Positions 37,620 to 51,352 of a stretch of DNA of 64,000 nucleotides are shown here, one piece after another. The notes under the pieces were generated by a model. The model searched no databases. It was given only the letters and a program-made list of their open reading frames with translations, and had not been told where the DNA came from. Position numbers and translations under genes: made by a program. The DNA comes from Veleropilina oligotropha. Lineage: Eukaryota. How positions within the stretch are numbered: the first letter of the stretch is position 1; each line of letters begins with the position of its first letter. The stretch lies in NCBI GenBank assembly GCA_048128005.1, contig JBEUKZ010000092.1, forward strand, positions 248,001 to 312,000. The letters are read 5' to 3'.

Positions 37620-38818
37620 ACCCATTCACACGGGGATTACCGATCCAGATACAAACCGGTTCATATTTATCCGGATCTGCAATCCGATCCAGGTAGCGTT
37701 CACACGGCGAAAATTTAAACCGGCTCGCGGAGCCAGCGTAATCCAGGTGGATTACGCATGCGCAGTAGAAGTAGAGAAAAATAGAAAAATGGCGGCGAAT
37801 ATGAAATGTATATTTTTGTCGGTGATTGTCGAAAATTACCTATAGCTGGCAGTCGTCTCATATGATAGAGAAGTCAAGCTGGGGTTACAAACTGCAATAT
37901 ACTGATGAAACATTGTGAAATACTTTGATCCTATACCTAATAATCAAATCAAACCTAGCTTCAGTTATTCGGCATAGTTTTTAATTTATTTTTTGCTTGA
38001 ATATCATTGAATATCAGAGTTACCCAAGGCTACAGGCATAAATGGGGATTTTCGAATGCAGGGGGAGCTATACATGGAACACACATTCCTATAATAGCAC
38101 CTGTAGACAGTCGTCCGGACTATTACAACCGAAAGGGTTGGTATAGTATGGTGTTGAAGGCAACCGTTAATGACCGGTATATGTTTACTGATGCGTACAT
38201 TGGTTGGCCTGGCAGTGTCCATGATGCAAGGATATTCACCAACAGTGGAATATATGATAAATGACAGAGTGGTGACCTTTTTGCAGGTAAATGCGCCAAT
38301 GTCAATGGTGAAGAACTGACCATTGTGCTGTTGGCGGACCCTGCTTATCCCTTGATGTCATTCCTTATAAAGCCATTTAGCGACAATGGCCGACTGACAC
38401 CCGAGAAACAGAGATGCAATTACAAATTATCTCAGTCTAGGATGACAGTTGAAAATGCGTTTGGTCGTCTGAAGGGAAGATGGCGGTGCCTATTAAAACG
38501 TTTGGACATGCAAACCCTTGATATGCCAAACATTGCATTGGCATGCTGCATCTTGCACAACATGTGCGAGGCTGAGGGAGATTCTTTCCAGAATGACTGG
38601 TTGGAGGATGTCCAGAACGCTGATGCGGTAAACCCTCAACCCCGCGACATTCACGCCGCCGCGGTCCATCAAAATGGCAACCAAATCATGGAGACGCTTG
38701 TTAACTTTTTTGATAGAGTTTAAAAAAGACTGAACAATTTTCAGTTGTATTTCATGAACATTGGCAGTGATGTTTATTGGATCTTTAGCATTGCTCAATA
38801 TACAGTATATAATAAGTT

Positions 38819-38853
<35 letters not shown>

Positions 38854-39203
38854 GTTCATACCTACTAGTATTCAAAATATTGATCTTACTTTGAAAACTT
38901 ACATTTTTCCTACAATACTAACATGAAATTTAGAGTACAATAAATCATGTTCATAACACTTAATCTTGCGCATGCCCGCGTAATACTTCCTTCCCTTTTA
39001 CAAGCCGCATTGAATCCAGTAGAGCGTTCACACGGGCAAATGCTGAGCCGGCTCACGCGTAAGCCGGATTGAATCCACCTCTCCCAGTAGGATTCACTTA
39101 AGCCGGTTAAAGTGAATCCTGTCGCGTTCAGACGGCGCAAATTTAACCGGCTTACGGTTAAACCGGTTTGTATCTGGATCGGTAATCCCCGTGTGAACGG
39201 GGT
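37620..39203 (+). mobile_element. PIF/Harbinger DNA transposon, internally deleted
   Basis: ~40-bp TIRs CCATTCACACGGGGATTACCGATCCAGATACAAACCGGT / ACCGGTTTGTATCTGGATCGGTAATCCCCGTGTGAACGG enclose a HARBI1-like ORF remnant. Confidence 0.85.
38007..38723 (+). pseudogene. Harbinger (HARBI1-like, DDE_Tnp_4) transposase C-terminal half
   Basis: GAIHGTHIPI..YYNRKGWYS, GWPGSVHDARIF, LADPAYPL, R.TVENAFGRLKGRWR, ACCILHN. In-frame stop at 38262-38264; first catalytic D reads as H. Confidence 0.88.
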
Positions 39204-40541
39204 AATATATATGTATAGCAGGTGATTTTTATGCCCTAACATGAATAACCAGGGTGTATAACATCGTTTGTAGATGACAATTTATTAAAGTACGCTATTA
39301 TCAGCCAACTTTACATTGAAATATTGCAGAGTACGTTCAACTTCTACTTGCACGTGTCGGGGAATCATTCAAAATGGCGCTGTACTTGATTGAATCTGGT
39401 CACGTGACGTATGGATGGCCGTTTGAACAATAAATTTTACACTTACTTTCAAACCGTGACGTAGATGACCCGAAATCAGGGACAGACAATATCGATTCTG
39501 ATTTAGTCAATTATTGGTAGTAAAGAGTATACATCTGTTTTATTACTGTACACTTTGAATAAATCACACCCACTACTCATAATAAGACAGGAATATAGAG
39601 TATATTTCATCATAATGAAACAAAACTAACCTTCTTTTTATTTTTGAATGATGTTGGGGACATTCTAAAAATGTATATTTCGTTGTGTGTAAAATATTTT
39701 TTTAGCAATATGTTAACACATATAGTAATATTGTATTGACAGTACACTCTATATTGATGAGAAACAATGGTCTATTCAAATAAATGATACGTGATTTAAA
39801 AAATAATCTGTTTACATTACATGGGAAGGTAGGGACAGTGTTTTAACCATTTACTGTAGAATGACCCAAATATGTTATCATCCGCTACAAAATAAATAAT
39901 CATTACTTTTCAGTGGCTGGCATTCTCGATTAGAGATAATAGTACTGGGACGCCTACATATTCAGGAGTGTGCCTAGACATTGTTGATGTATTGGCAGAA
40001 GCATATAATTTTAGGTATGTATCTTTTTATTGCTATTGGACACAATGTTTCCAACTTGTCAATATTATAGGTCAAAAATGATTATAACAAACCTGTGTGC
40101 TTCAACCCACCTTTATTATACTTTCACCCTAACATTTATAAAAAAAACCGAGCAATACAGACTTACCCGTCCTTATTAGGCTTTGATGCCATACTATATT
40201 AACATAACGCATTCTTCACAAGTGTGAAAATATACGACCAAAATCATCACATATGATGAACGCATTTTTCACCCCCTCTGGGAAATTGCGTTCAATCTTG
40301 GATTGCAAACACACAATGCATAAATGCAATTTGCTTGGTAGCCTCGATATTATCCACTTGACAAACTGACGGTCTACGCGAAGAAAAAGGGTCAATGTAA
40401 TTAATATCCTGGTCATTTTTCGACATCACCCAATCAATAAAATTCACAAATTAGATAGTGCATTTGCTGTAATGGGAACTTAGTAAGCATTTATTGAAAA
40501 TGGAAAGCAATTAACCATATCCGCTTTTATTGATACATTAT

Positions 40542-41290
40542 CTACAATGCGTTGGTACAAAACGTGATGCATCCGCTTATCAAGGGTTTATGGCAAATTT
40601 CCCCCGCGTGATTGATGGGGTCTAGCATTGTCGGCACGAACACTGGCCTCGTTGCCAGTGCATGATTGTCAACGTGAGGGACGACCACGTTTTTCAGGAT
40701 GCCCCTCTGGTATATTAGCCCGTTTAGGTTGCCATGGACAGTCACCAGATCCAACTTGTAATCGTTGGTTACGCATTCCAAGATCACCACTGAGCCGCCG
40801 CTGAATAAAACGGTCTTATGGATATTCTTGGTGGCGTAGGCGGTATTTCTTTGCCCCAGGACACGTGTCCTGCCAACCGTCACGTACATATGAAAGCGGC
40901 TTTCGTCTGACCATTTGAACTTCCCCCAAGACGCAATATTCCATATGTGGCGTGTCTGACAAGCCAAACGTGCTGATTGGTGTGGTCGTGTCAACAGGGG
41001 AAGCTTGCTAGGCCTCCTGAATCGGTAGCAAGCAGCCTTCAAGCGATTCCTGATGGTACTAGTGGACATGACCCTGTTGGGAATCAAGTTATCTCTTAAC
41101 GCCTTTATGTTGGCAAATGGGAAGCGCCGTACAAGTCTAATGAAAACCATATCTTCACGAGGAGAAGTCTTGTGGGGTTGTCCTGGACGGTTTCTGTTCT
41201 TCACAGCTTTTGTCTTCTGTTGTTTTCGCACCGGTTTCCTAATCACAGTATGGTTCCGACCTAATTGTTTCCCAATTTTCTTAACTGCTT
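40542..41290 (-). pseudogene. Tc1/mariner (Tc1/Tc3-like) transposase remnant
   Basis: RPG.P.KTS.RED, STIRNRL, WSDESRF and GGSVV motifs; the C-terminal D..E region is lost. Confidence 0.85.
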
Positions 41291-41420
41291 CGGCTAGTGA
41301 GTGGATAGCGCGTTAGACACTAAACTGAGATAGCCCGGAGGACCGGGTTCGAGACCAGTCAGAGGCTTATTCTACCTCTTAAAATAATGGATGGCATTGA
41401 TGAGACCTTAAACCGGGCGT
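41290..41420 (+). mobile_element. tRNA-derived SINE fragment
   Basis: TAGTGAGTGG A-box, GGTTCGAGACC B-box; body shared with 8630-8760. Confidence 0.55.
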
Positions 41421-41539
41421 TAAGGCGGAAAATTTTCATAAAACAAAGTTTCCAAACAACCAACTCAATTTCCCCTACATGACAATCCTGCATTATTCAT
41501 TGTTCAATTATCTGCCATCTTGTGGCGATGGATATTTTT

Positions 41540-42895
41540 TTTTATTATATTCCAGTCGTTTTCTGACGCCTATTCTCGCGCAGTTTTCCGAGACCCTGTA
41601 TCACAGACACAGCTGATATGGAAACGGAAAACGTCTCCTGCTTATATATGCACAGGACAACGTCTCCTGTTTACATACTAGTATTCAAGGAACTACTTCC
41701 AAAACAGTCACGTGCCAAAACACAGCTGTTCACATTCAATAACGATCTGAGTGGACAGAGGCAGACGTCATTTGATTAAAATACCATAGATGAAAATACC
41801 ATAGAGAAAAATGTACAAAATTAGAAATTAATTATTATATATTAGGATAAAATGATGTACATGTATGCAAAAAATAATTATTTATAAGACTTACTTGCAC
41901 AGATTAATTAGCAGTACGCCACTAACGTCGAGAATGCGTGCCCCATTTGGGCGTACAACTGTACAGGGAATACAAACGGTAGCGACCAGACGATCTTCAG
42001 AACTCACCGAAATACCCCTTTTATCTGTCCATAAACCACGCTAGAAAAGCTGCTGGTAATTGGTACAAATCTCAACCTCTTGGCGAAGGCAGGCTCCGTA
42101 ATGGTAATATGCGATTATGCTCAACATTGAGCCCGGCACATTACCGGGAGAAGAGGATATAACAAATGGCGGTGTTCATGGCAGGAAAACAAATCACGAG
42201 CTCACGTATGTTCCGAAGTCCTCCCGTACCATATACATATTAGTCCCGTTCCAGCCAGTCCTCGAAGCAGCACTCAAATATCCTTATACGCCTGCACTTT
42301 CAGCATAGCCATAACAATTAATTCAAACTCTATAAACGAACACGTCTGACCACGTTACTTGTTTGTTCCTTGTTCATTCGCCTAAGAAAAAGTTCCCATT
42401 TAATCGCCTTAATTTAGATTCACGAAAAGCGATAGATGGTAAATAATTAGTTAAATATTATGTAAATGGTATTTCTAATACATGTCAGATACATTTTTGC
42501 TTATAAATGTGTTGTTGTAAAATATACGGCACAACGCAAATTGTTCACTTGCCTACTGTCAAAATAGACGTAGTAAGTTTCATTCATAAAAACCGCATAA
42601 CATGTATACTGTTCCACGTTGTCATATAGTTCACGTTATTTAAATTAAACAGACAATTTCTTCACATAAACTGGTTTGTATTTTTTCGTATAATAATTGA
42701 CAGGATTGATTTGGCATATAATAAAAGTGTTATCAGTATTGTGTAGATTCTGTCACCTCGGAAACCTCTCGTGAGGTCGTAGTTTTTGCGGCGGATTAAT
42801 CGCTCGAACTTCGTTCTCGCGATTAATCCGCCGCAAAAAACTACGACGTCACTCGAGGTTTCCGAGGTGACAGAATCCACACAATACTGATAACA
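41540..42895 (+). mobile_element. Crypton-type element with DUF3504 remnant and terminal hairpin
   Basis: TTTTATTATATTCC (41540-41553) / GGCATATAATAAAA (42713-42726), then a 168-bp hairpin (42728-42895). ~41940-42097 translates to CP..LYREYKR*RP...YPFYLSIN...WYKSQPLG. Confidence 0.7.
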
Positions 42896-43452
42896 TCATT
42901 ATTTCTACGAACCATTAGATGTTTTAGTGTTCAAAATCAAACCTCTTTCCGCAAAACAAGCGTACAACAGAATGAAACTAATATTTGTTTTTCGCAGGCG
43001 TGAGGGTAGCATGACGTACACGCAATTTGTGCGGGCTCCAGGTTGCCGATGTCACCGAAACTATGGTATGGTGTGTGAGAAGGGAAATAATTGTAATATT
43101 ATTACTATCGACTATCTACCACTAACAATAATCTAGTAATTATACAACGTTGGTGGTGATTAATTAAGTTTCAGGCGTACATCGTTAATTCTTGCCTTTT
43201 ATCACTATTTTGTCACACGAAAGGACGAAGACACATTAATTATAGTCTTTTTGCCTCCAGTTTTGCCAAGCGAAGGAACGAAAGAGCGATTATGTCCGGT
43301 CTTTGACTTCCATGTAACGCTAATTATCGTCTCTCAGCTTGACAAAGTAGTGAGGCGCAGACAAGAAGAAACAAATTTCGTCTCAAAGAAGGCCATGTAC
43401 ATAATTGTTATCCCGGGTTGAAAGACCGGTTTCCCGGGAAAGCCCACGCTTA

Positions 43453-43770
43453 AGGCCCTGCCACACATTAAATCAAGTCGCATACCTCTTGGCACCCCCT
43501 AATGCTCAAGTTCGTAAATCAAAAGTCGCATGCGACTTTTGATTTACGCTTTAGAACATGCTCTATTCCGTACAACTTGTGCCATGAAACGTTCCATGCC
43601 CATCAATCAGATAACAGATGAAGTAAGTTCGCAACCCATTCAACCAATAAAATTGCGTGAACCTGAGAAGTCACATACGACTTGGTTTACCGTGTGGCAT
43701 GGCAAGGAACATACTACAAAAGTTTCATACGACAAGACGTATACGACTTGATTACTGTGTGGCAGGGCCT
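43453..43770. mobile_element. MITE, PIF/Harbinger-like
   Basis: TIR AGGCCCTGCCACAC..AATCAAGTCG / CGACTTGATT..GTGTGGCAGGGCCT; flanks TTA / GTA. Confidence 0.65.
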
Positions 43771-46700
43771 GTACCGGTAAGTTGTTGACAACTGTGATTA
43801 TTAACTAAACAAAGAATGGTTGTGTGATAGGACAAATATTTAAATAAGTATGTGCAAGAATAATATACTCACTCATTTTGTAGAAGGCTAGAGTATGGAT
43901 GTCGCAACGTGAGTATACCTTTCACATAAAATCAGAGGTGTTCATTTAGAGTTGAGAAACGTGCGATCACATGCTCCTACGACTGAATGAAAGCAGTATG
44001 ATAAATGCGCACACCGATACTCTCAGTCGATGCTGGACAGATTAACCGATACAAATATATACAGTATATATATCGTGGCTCATGACAAATCGCCGCGATA
44101 CCAATTAAAGCTATTATCTGCAATCGATAATTTCATTCCATGGACATGTTTTAAGAAATAATGTTCATGGCTATTTCTATTATTTCTATTATGGTTTCAG
44201 TTATTGTTCACGAGATGTTTTATACACACGAATACACGTGATATCTAACTATGTGTACTCGTTGTTTTAATAATTAACGTTAATTATGAAAGAGTTAGCA
44301 TTAATTATTTAAATATTCTAATGCTAAAAGATAAAATTCTTACCTAGAAATGTACCCATTCTTATACAGGCCGCTATCTCTGGTTCGTGACATTTATCCG
44401 ATTCAGATACTGATTCCGTTTCGTTACGTAATTCACATTCGAAACAAAACTACAAATGGGGTATAGTGTGTATTTATCACCTAATCATTAATTTTGATGA
44501 TTCGCAAGTCAAAATTCAGCATAAAGTATTCAAATTATTAGGTAATCACTTCAGTCAAATAAATTTAGCGTGAACGGTTGCATTCGAAGCCATCGTATAT
44601 AACTGGAAGTTCCTCTCCAATGAAAATTCGCATCGAGAGGATTCCCAGCAAAGTCGCAGAGGTTCCCCAACTTGATTACAACATATGCGCCAAAGTCGAT
44701 AGAGTGGAGGGTAAATTGCACGCCACGATAAAAACAGTAGACTCTATGACATTCGGTATAAAAAAATCCAACAACAGATCTCTGAACTTGAAAATAGCTT
44801 ACAATACCAAAGTAATACGATCGAAGAGGTTAAATCGGCTACTGTCGATCACGCAGACCACCTAAAATACCTGCAAGATTGTATAGATCAATCTAACGCA
44901 TCTAACAAAATTCTAAAGGAAGATATACTTGACCTCAAAACCAGGTGAATGAGGGACAATCTTGTTTTCTACAATATAGCGGAAATCGACAAGGAAAGCC
45001 CCGATGATGTTATTAGGGACTTTTGTGCAACCAAGCTAGAAATGAGTCAATCGATATCGAGTATTAAGATCGATCGAGCCCACCGAATGGGAAGGAAAAT
45101 ACCCAATAAATGTCGCCCACTTGTCGCTAAGTTCAACTATTATAAAGGTAAAGAGGAAATTCGACATAGAGCAGGAAAGCGTCGCTGTACCCCATTTGGA
45201 ATATCGGACCAATACCCCGGTGAAATACGAGATAGGCGGCGAGAGCTACTACCAATCCTAAAGCGAGCTAAAGAAAAAGGGAAACGAGCAAACCTGATGG
45301 TAGACAAATTAAACATAGATGGGCGTCCCTACCATAAAGAATAGGGGATCGCAGAGGAACTTCTCCAAATATGTCTGTGGAATATCCATGGTCTGAAGAG
45401 TAAGTTAGATGATACTGACTTTACCAATATAATTTCTCAATACCATATTGTATTATTTACAGAAACCTGGTTAGCCGATAGCGACCAATGTCCTATAGAT
45501 GGCTACAATTATATTCTTGTAAATAGATCGAGAGCTATTAGGAGAGGCAGAAACAGTGGCGGACTCGCCATATATTTTAAACCAAATATTAAAGGAGGGA
45601 TACCTATTGTCAAAATTGATCCAGTTGGGATCATATGGATACAATTAAGCAAAGAATATTTCAAGCAAAACAAAGATGTATTTTTATCGCTTGTATATAT
45701 ACCTCCTATCAGCTCAACATTTTACAACGAAATTGAAAAAGATTATTTCTTTAATACTGTGGAAACCGATATTAACATGTATAAAGAAAACGGTATAGTT
45801 CGCCGATCCCGTTTTTTATAGAAGCAAGAACTCAATATGCCAAGGTATAGAAAACAGCAATCCGTATCTACAAAAATAAAAAGGGCTTCGAACTTAGTAA
45901 TATTGCTAAGTTTGAACCGCGGATATTTAGGACAACGTTTAAAAACGATAAAAGTAAACGAAATAAAAATACAAATTACCCAGATAACAACCAATTTAAA
46001 GAGCATTATAGCGATTTATTTGGAAACATTCCACATAATTTAACTAACGACACTCAACTATTAATAGATGAATCGAATGCAAATTTTACTAGCAAACTTG
46101 TCTCTGTTAAATCGCTTGACGAATCAATATCAACAAATGAAATAATCAATGCTGTGGGAAAATTAAAGCGACATAAAGGCTCTGGCATTGATAAACTAAT
46201 AGCAGAAATGTTTATGGACGCCATTGACGTTATCGTGCCTTTTATGCAAACACTGTTCAACTTATTACTTGATAAAGGTTTATTTCCGAGAGCATGGTCT
46301 ACGGCTGTTATCGTACCCATTCCCAAAAAGGTGATTTGAGTAAGCCTGACAACTTTCGCGCAATACGTGTATCTAGCATATTTGGCAATATATTTTCTAG
46401 TATATTAAACACAAGATTAATGAAATGGTCAGAAATAAATGACAAACTAAACGACAAACAATTCGGATTCAGACCAGGACGAAGCACGATTGATTGTATA
46501 ATTATTTTGCAAAATTTGATTACCGAAACTCTCCATAAAAAGCAAGATGTTTATTGTGCCTTCATTGACTTCCAAAAGGCTTTTGATAATTTAAACCGAC
46601 ATGTTTTATATTATAAGCTTTGGAATGAAGGTGTTAGCACAAAGTTTGTTCAATTTATCAAAAAAATGTATTCACAGGTAGAAGTTTGCATAAAACAATG

Positions 46701-47186
46701 GTATAGTATCCGATTCCTTTCACAGCTTTCAAGGTGTGAAACAAGGGGATCCATTATCACCTATATTATTTTTATATTTTATCAATGATTTTATGTCAAA
46801 TTATGTACCTCTTAACCATAACCATGTTATAACAATTGAAGATGTTGTGTTATTGTATTTGTTATTTGCCGATGATGCTGTTTTAATTGCTAAAACAAAA
46901 ACTGAATTACAGAATCAACTAGATCATTTACGACAATATTGTATCAAATGGGACATTACAGTAAATATTAATAAAACAAAAATAGTTTTATTTACCAAAA
47001 AGAGGCGGAAATTAGACTTTGTAATCACATATGGTCAAAACATTATTGAAATTGTGGATTATTTTGTGTATTTGGGTGTATTGTTGCATAAGAGTGGTAA
47101 CATGAAGTATACACAGAAACGACAATCGCAACAAGGTGAACAGGCATTGTGTGGACTGAAGCATATATTAGACAAGTATAACTTTA

Positions 47187-50100
47187 AATAGATTAAATAG
47201 ATTAAATAGAATTTGTTTGGGTTTAGAAAGCGCATTACTGCCACTCGTATAAAAACCCATTGAGTTGACCTATCCTCTATAACCTGCCCTTCTTCTTAAA
47301 ATGCTCATCTAGGCGATTTTTAAATTGGTTTACAGATGTCGATTCCACTACATTATTAGGAAGAGCATTCCATTCATCGACAACCCGATTTGAGAAAAAG
47401 TGTTTTCTAACGTCTAGTCGGAATCGTTTTTTGTAAATCTTGTATTGATGCCCCCGGGTATGCCTTTGGTTCATCTGAAAAAAGAAACTATTGTCAACGT
47501 TGTCTTTTCCTGTAAACATTTTAAACACCTGAATCATATCACCTCTTATCCTACTCAAAGATAATGTTGTGAGGTTCAGAGCTCTTAGTCTCTCCTCATA
47601 TGGTAATTCTCTCAATTCTCCTATCAATTTTGTGGCTCTTCTTTGAACTTGTTCTATTATATTGATATCCTTTGCAAGATATGGACACCATGATTGCACT
47701 GCATATTCTAAATGCGGTCTAACCATTTGCTTGTATAGGCGAGTTATGATGGCTTTAGATTTAAAATTAAAATTTCTCTTTATCATTCCCAATATTTGAT
47801 TTCCCTTTTTAGCTGACTCCGCACATCGATTTGATGGTTTAAATGTCTTGTCTACCCATACACCCAAATCTTTTTATTTGGCCACTTCTTGTAAAGCTTC
47901 TGAACCCATTTCATAATTATAGGTATTGTTATTATAACCCACATGCATTACTTTACATTTGCTGGTGTTGAAAACCATTTGCCAGTCCTCAGACCATTTT
48001 ATCACATTATTTAAATCACCTTGAAGTTTCGTTGCATCTTCTTCTGTTTCGATAATTCTGTACAGCTTGGTATCGTCTGCAAACTTTTTTACTAGAGATG
48101 TAATGACGTCATCAATATCATTTAAATATATGAGAAACAACAATGGTCCCAAAACAGAACCTTGTGGGACTCCACTTAGTACTGGTTTCCATTCTGACTT
48201 TATCCCATTTATTACAACCCTCTGTTTTCTATTTTCTAGCCACTTACATATCCAATTTAGTATTTGGCCTTTAATGCCATGGTTACTTAATTTTTGTAAT
48301 AGTCGTTTATGTGGTACTTTATCGAATGCTTTCTGAAAATCAAGATATATGATATCAACTGGTTTGCCATTGTCAATTGCACTTGTTACATCTTCAAAAA
48401 ATTCCAGTAAGTTTGTTAAACAAGATCTTTTTTCCATAAACCCATGCTGACTTAGGTTTAGAAGGCCAAATTTATTTATGTGTTTTAAGATAGCATCCTT
48501 TAAGATAGATTCCATTATTTTGCCTACTATTGATGTCAGACTAACAGGTCGATAATTTTGGGTATTTGATCGACTACCTTTTTTAAATATTGGGGTAATA
48601 TTTCCAGCCTTCCAGTCATCAGGCAAGCTGCCTTCTTGTAGAGTTTTATTGAATATCAGGGCTAATGGCTTTGCTAATTCATCTATACCGAATTTTAGCA
48701 ATTTGGGATATATGCTGTCTGGCCCTGGAGCTTTACTGACATTTAGTAAGCTTATCTTTTTTTCAACCATTTCCGTAGTAATTTCAATACTTTCACAAAA
48801 AGTTTCATGATTTTCATAAATAAGTTTTACCGGTGGAATGTTTATCGTGTCCTCAATAGTATAAACAGATGCAAAATATTTGTTTAGGGATTCTGAGATT
48901 TGTGCATCATCGGATATTATATTTCCATGTTCATCGTTCAGGGGACCTACGACATCTTTTGTTTTTTGTTTTGACCTAATATAAGCATAAAAAGATTTGG
49001 GGTTTTCCTTGATGTTTTCTGCTAACTTTTCTTCAAAAGCTTTTTTGGCTGCTCGGATTTCTTTTTTACTTTCTTTCTCACTTTCTTTATATTTTTGGTG
49101 CTCATCTGTGTCGTGTGATTCTCTGTATCGTTTCCAACGTTTATATTTCCGTCTTATAATTTTTCTGACTTTCCTGGTTAACCATGGTGGTGAATGTTTT
49201 TTGCGTCTACACTCTAATGGAACATTTCTTTTCATTATTTGTTCGATGTTATTTCGAAAACCTTCCCAACATTCCGTGGCATTTAAGTTTTCAGTTCCCT
49301 CTCAGTTTATATTTCGGAGATCTGCTTTAATTTTGTCAAAATCTGCTTTTCGAAAATCTGGTATTTCTTGTTTGCTAGTTTTCACAATTGTTTTTGTGTG
49401 TAGCTGGAATCACTACATCCTAGTTTCCCAATTCTGCTAATGTTTTGCACCATATTTACCTCACTGGAAAACACTAAATCTAATACATTATTGCCTCTAG
49501 TCGGGAAATCCACATGTTGGTGCATGAATTCATTTTGCATTGTGGTTAAAAAATCTGTTCCTGCTTTCCCACTATGTAAATTTTTCCAATTTATATCTGG
49601 GTAATTAAAGTCTCCCATAATTAATACGTTGAACTTAGAGTTACTCACATTTCCCAATGTACTGTTTAGGTTAGCACTATTCTCTTCCGTGATATTTGGT
49701 GACCGGTAAACAATACCCACAATTGTGGAATCTTTTTTATTATTCGCCATAATTTCACACCAAACTGAATTTTGAAAAGAGTTTATTTTAAAATCTTCGC
49801 GAGAAACAGAATTTAGTTGATCTTTGATGTATAGTAATACCCCTCCACCTCTGCCATTTAACGTATCTGTTCTATCCTCTCTGTATAATTTGTAACCCAC
49901 TACATTTAATTCGGCATCATTTATGTTACTTTTTGTCCATGATTCTGTAACTCCTAACACATCTGGGTTGTGTACATCGATTAGTGTTTCTAGTTACCCT
50001 TGTTTATTCATCACACTTTGTGCATTTGTAAAGATAACTTTTAGCACGTTTTGGTCTTTTTTATTTCCTTTAGATTTTGAAGGGCCTATCTGCTTTCCAG

Positions 50101-50980
50101 TGAATTTAGTGGTCTTTCTTTGCCTCTTTGTATTATTTACACCGCTGTTTTCTGGTTGTTCCGTTCTCTGATTTGGTGATCCAACCTCCCCCTTTAACAG
50201 TTTAAATGTTTCTCTATCGCCCTATTTACTCCTCTGGCCAGCACTTCTCCACCCTCCAGTGAAGGGTGCAGCCCATCTCTGAAATACCACTCCCTCCTTT
50301 CCTCAAACTTGTCCCACAAATCGAAGAACCCAAACCCCTCCGAACAACAATACTCACGCAACCAGGCATTTATCTCTCTCATCTTCTCCAGCAATCTCCT
50401 GGGCGCTCTCCTTGGCAACAGCCCACCCACAATCACTTTTCTCTTACCATTGTCGTACAACTTCGGAAGCAATTCTTGGTAGGCCTACTTCTTCTTCATT
50501 TCCTCGGGACTGTCCTAGTCGATGTTGTTAGTCCCTATGATAACTACAACAGTGCCTTCCCCCGCAGTCAGACTGTCCACCCTCGACGTGATATCTTCTA
50601 TCTTGGCTCCCGGTAAACACACTCTCGTTCTTCTTTTCCTGTCAACAGCACAAAAAGTTTTATCAGCGTTTCTAACTATAGATGAACCTATCAAAACAAT
50701 ATTATCCGACGCTATATATTCGTCTAAAACCTCCCACTCAACTCCTGCTTCATTCATACCAGCCTCTTTCGTGTCATTTGTATCACATTCATTCTTGTCT
50801 TCTATTACATTTGTATCACTCTTCCGAAGATCAATCATTTCATCAGACAGACATGCATATCTATTACCTGTTAGCGTCGTCGTCGTCTTGTTGTTGTTGT
50901 ATCCACCTTCTTGTTTCTTTTCCGCACTAATTTCCATGTATCAGTCGTCTCGGCTTCTGTTTCTGTCTTGGAGATGTCGT
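47187..50980 (-). mobile_element. CR1-clade LINE, 5'-truncated, with SGNH-esterase ORF1 and APE-RT ORF2
   Basis: ORF1 LIGSSIVR, GTNNI, DGLHPS; ORF2 GVTESW, GDFNYP, GVPQGSVLGPLLF, FADDTK, RGH..K..FFSNRVV. (TCTATTTAA)n 3' tail; CTTTA repeated at 47182-47186 and 50981-50985. Confidence 0.92.
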
Positions 50981-51352
50981 CTTTAGAATGGATACGCAGT
51001 GCAATATGTTCGACTCGCTTGTCAGTCCTGTGTTGAACTACGCATCTGAAATATGGGGGTTTCATTTAGCTGACGATATTGAAAAAGTACACATTAAATT
51101 TTGCAGGAAAATATTACAACTTAGTCAACGCACACCTACTTGTTTTCTTTACGGGGAATTAAATAGAACTTCGATGTCAGCTAAGCGCAAATAAATCATT
51201 TTAAAGTATTGGTTGAAAATAATTACCGATGAGAACACATTAATATACAAAATATACAATATTATGAGACAACGGTGCGAGATGAGTAACGCAATTAATT
51301 GTGCTTCTCAAGTTCGTGACTTGTTATTTCAATTAGGGTTAAATAATTACTG

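Larger units (their letters stand above)
37126..39867. mobile_element. Sola2-like non-autonomous DNA transposon hosting the Harbinger element
   Basis: TIR GGGTCATTCTTCAGTAAAT / ATTTACTGTAGAATGACCC with an exact 4-bp TSD AAAT (37122-37125, 39868-39871). Internal GTCATCTACGTCAC / GTGACGTAGATGAC motifs. Confidence 0.65.

Noticed and set aside
38007..38723. Domesticated HARBI1 gene
   Set aside because: Has an internal stop, lacks its N-terminus and lies between intact TIRs.
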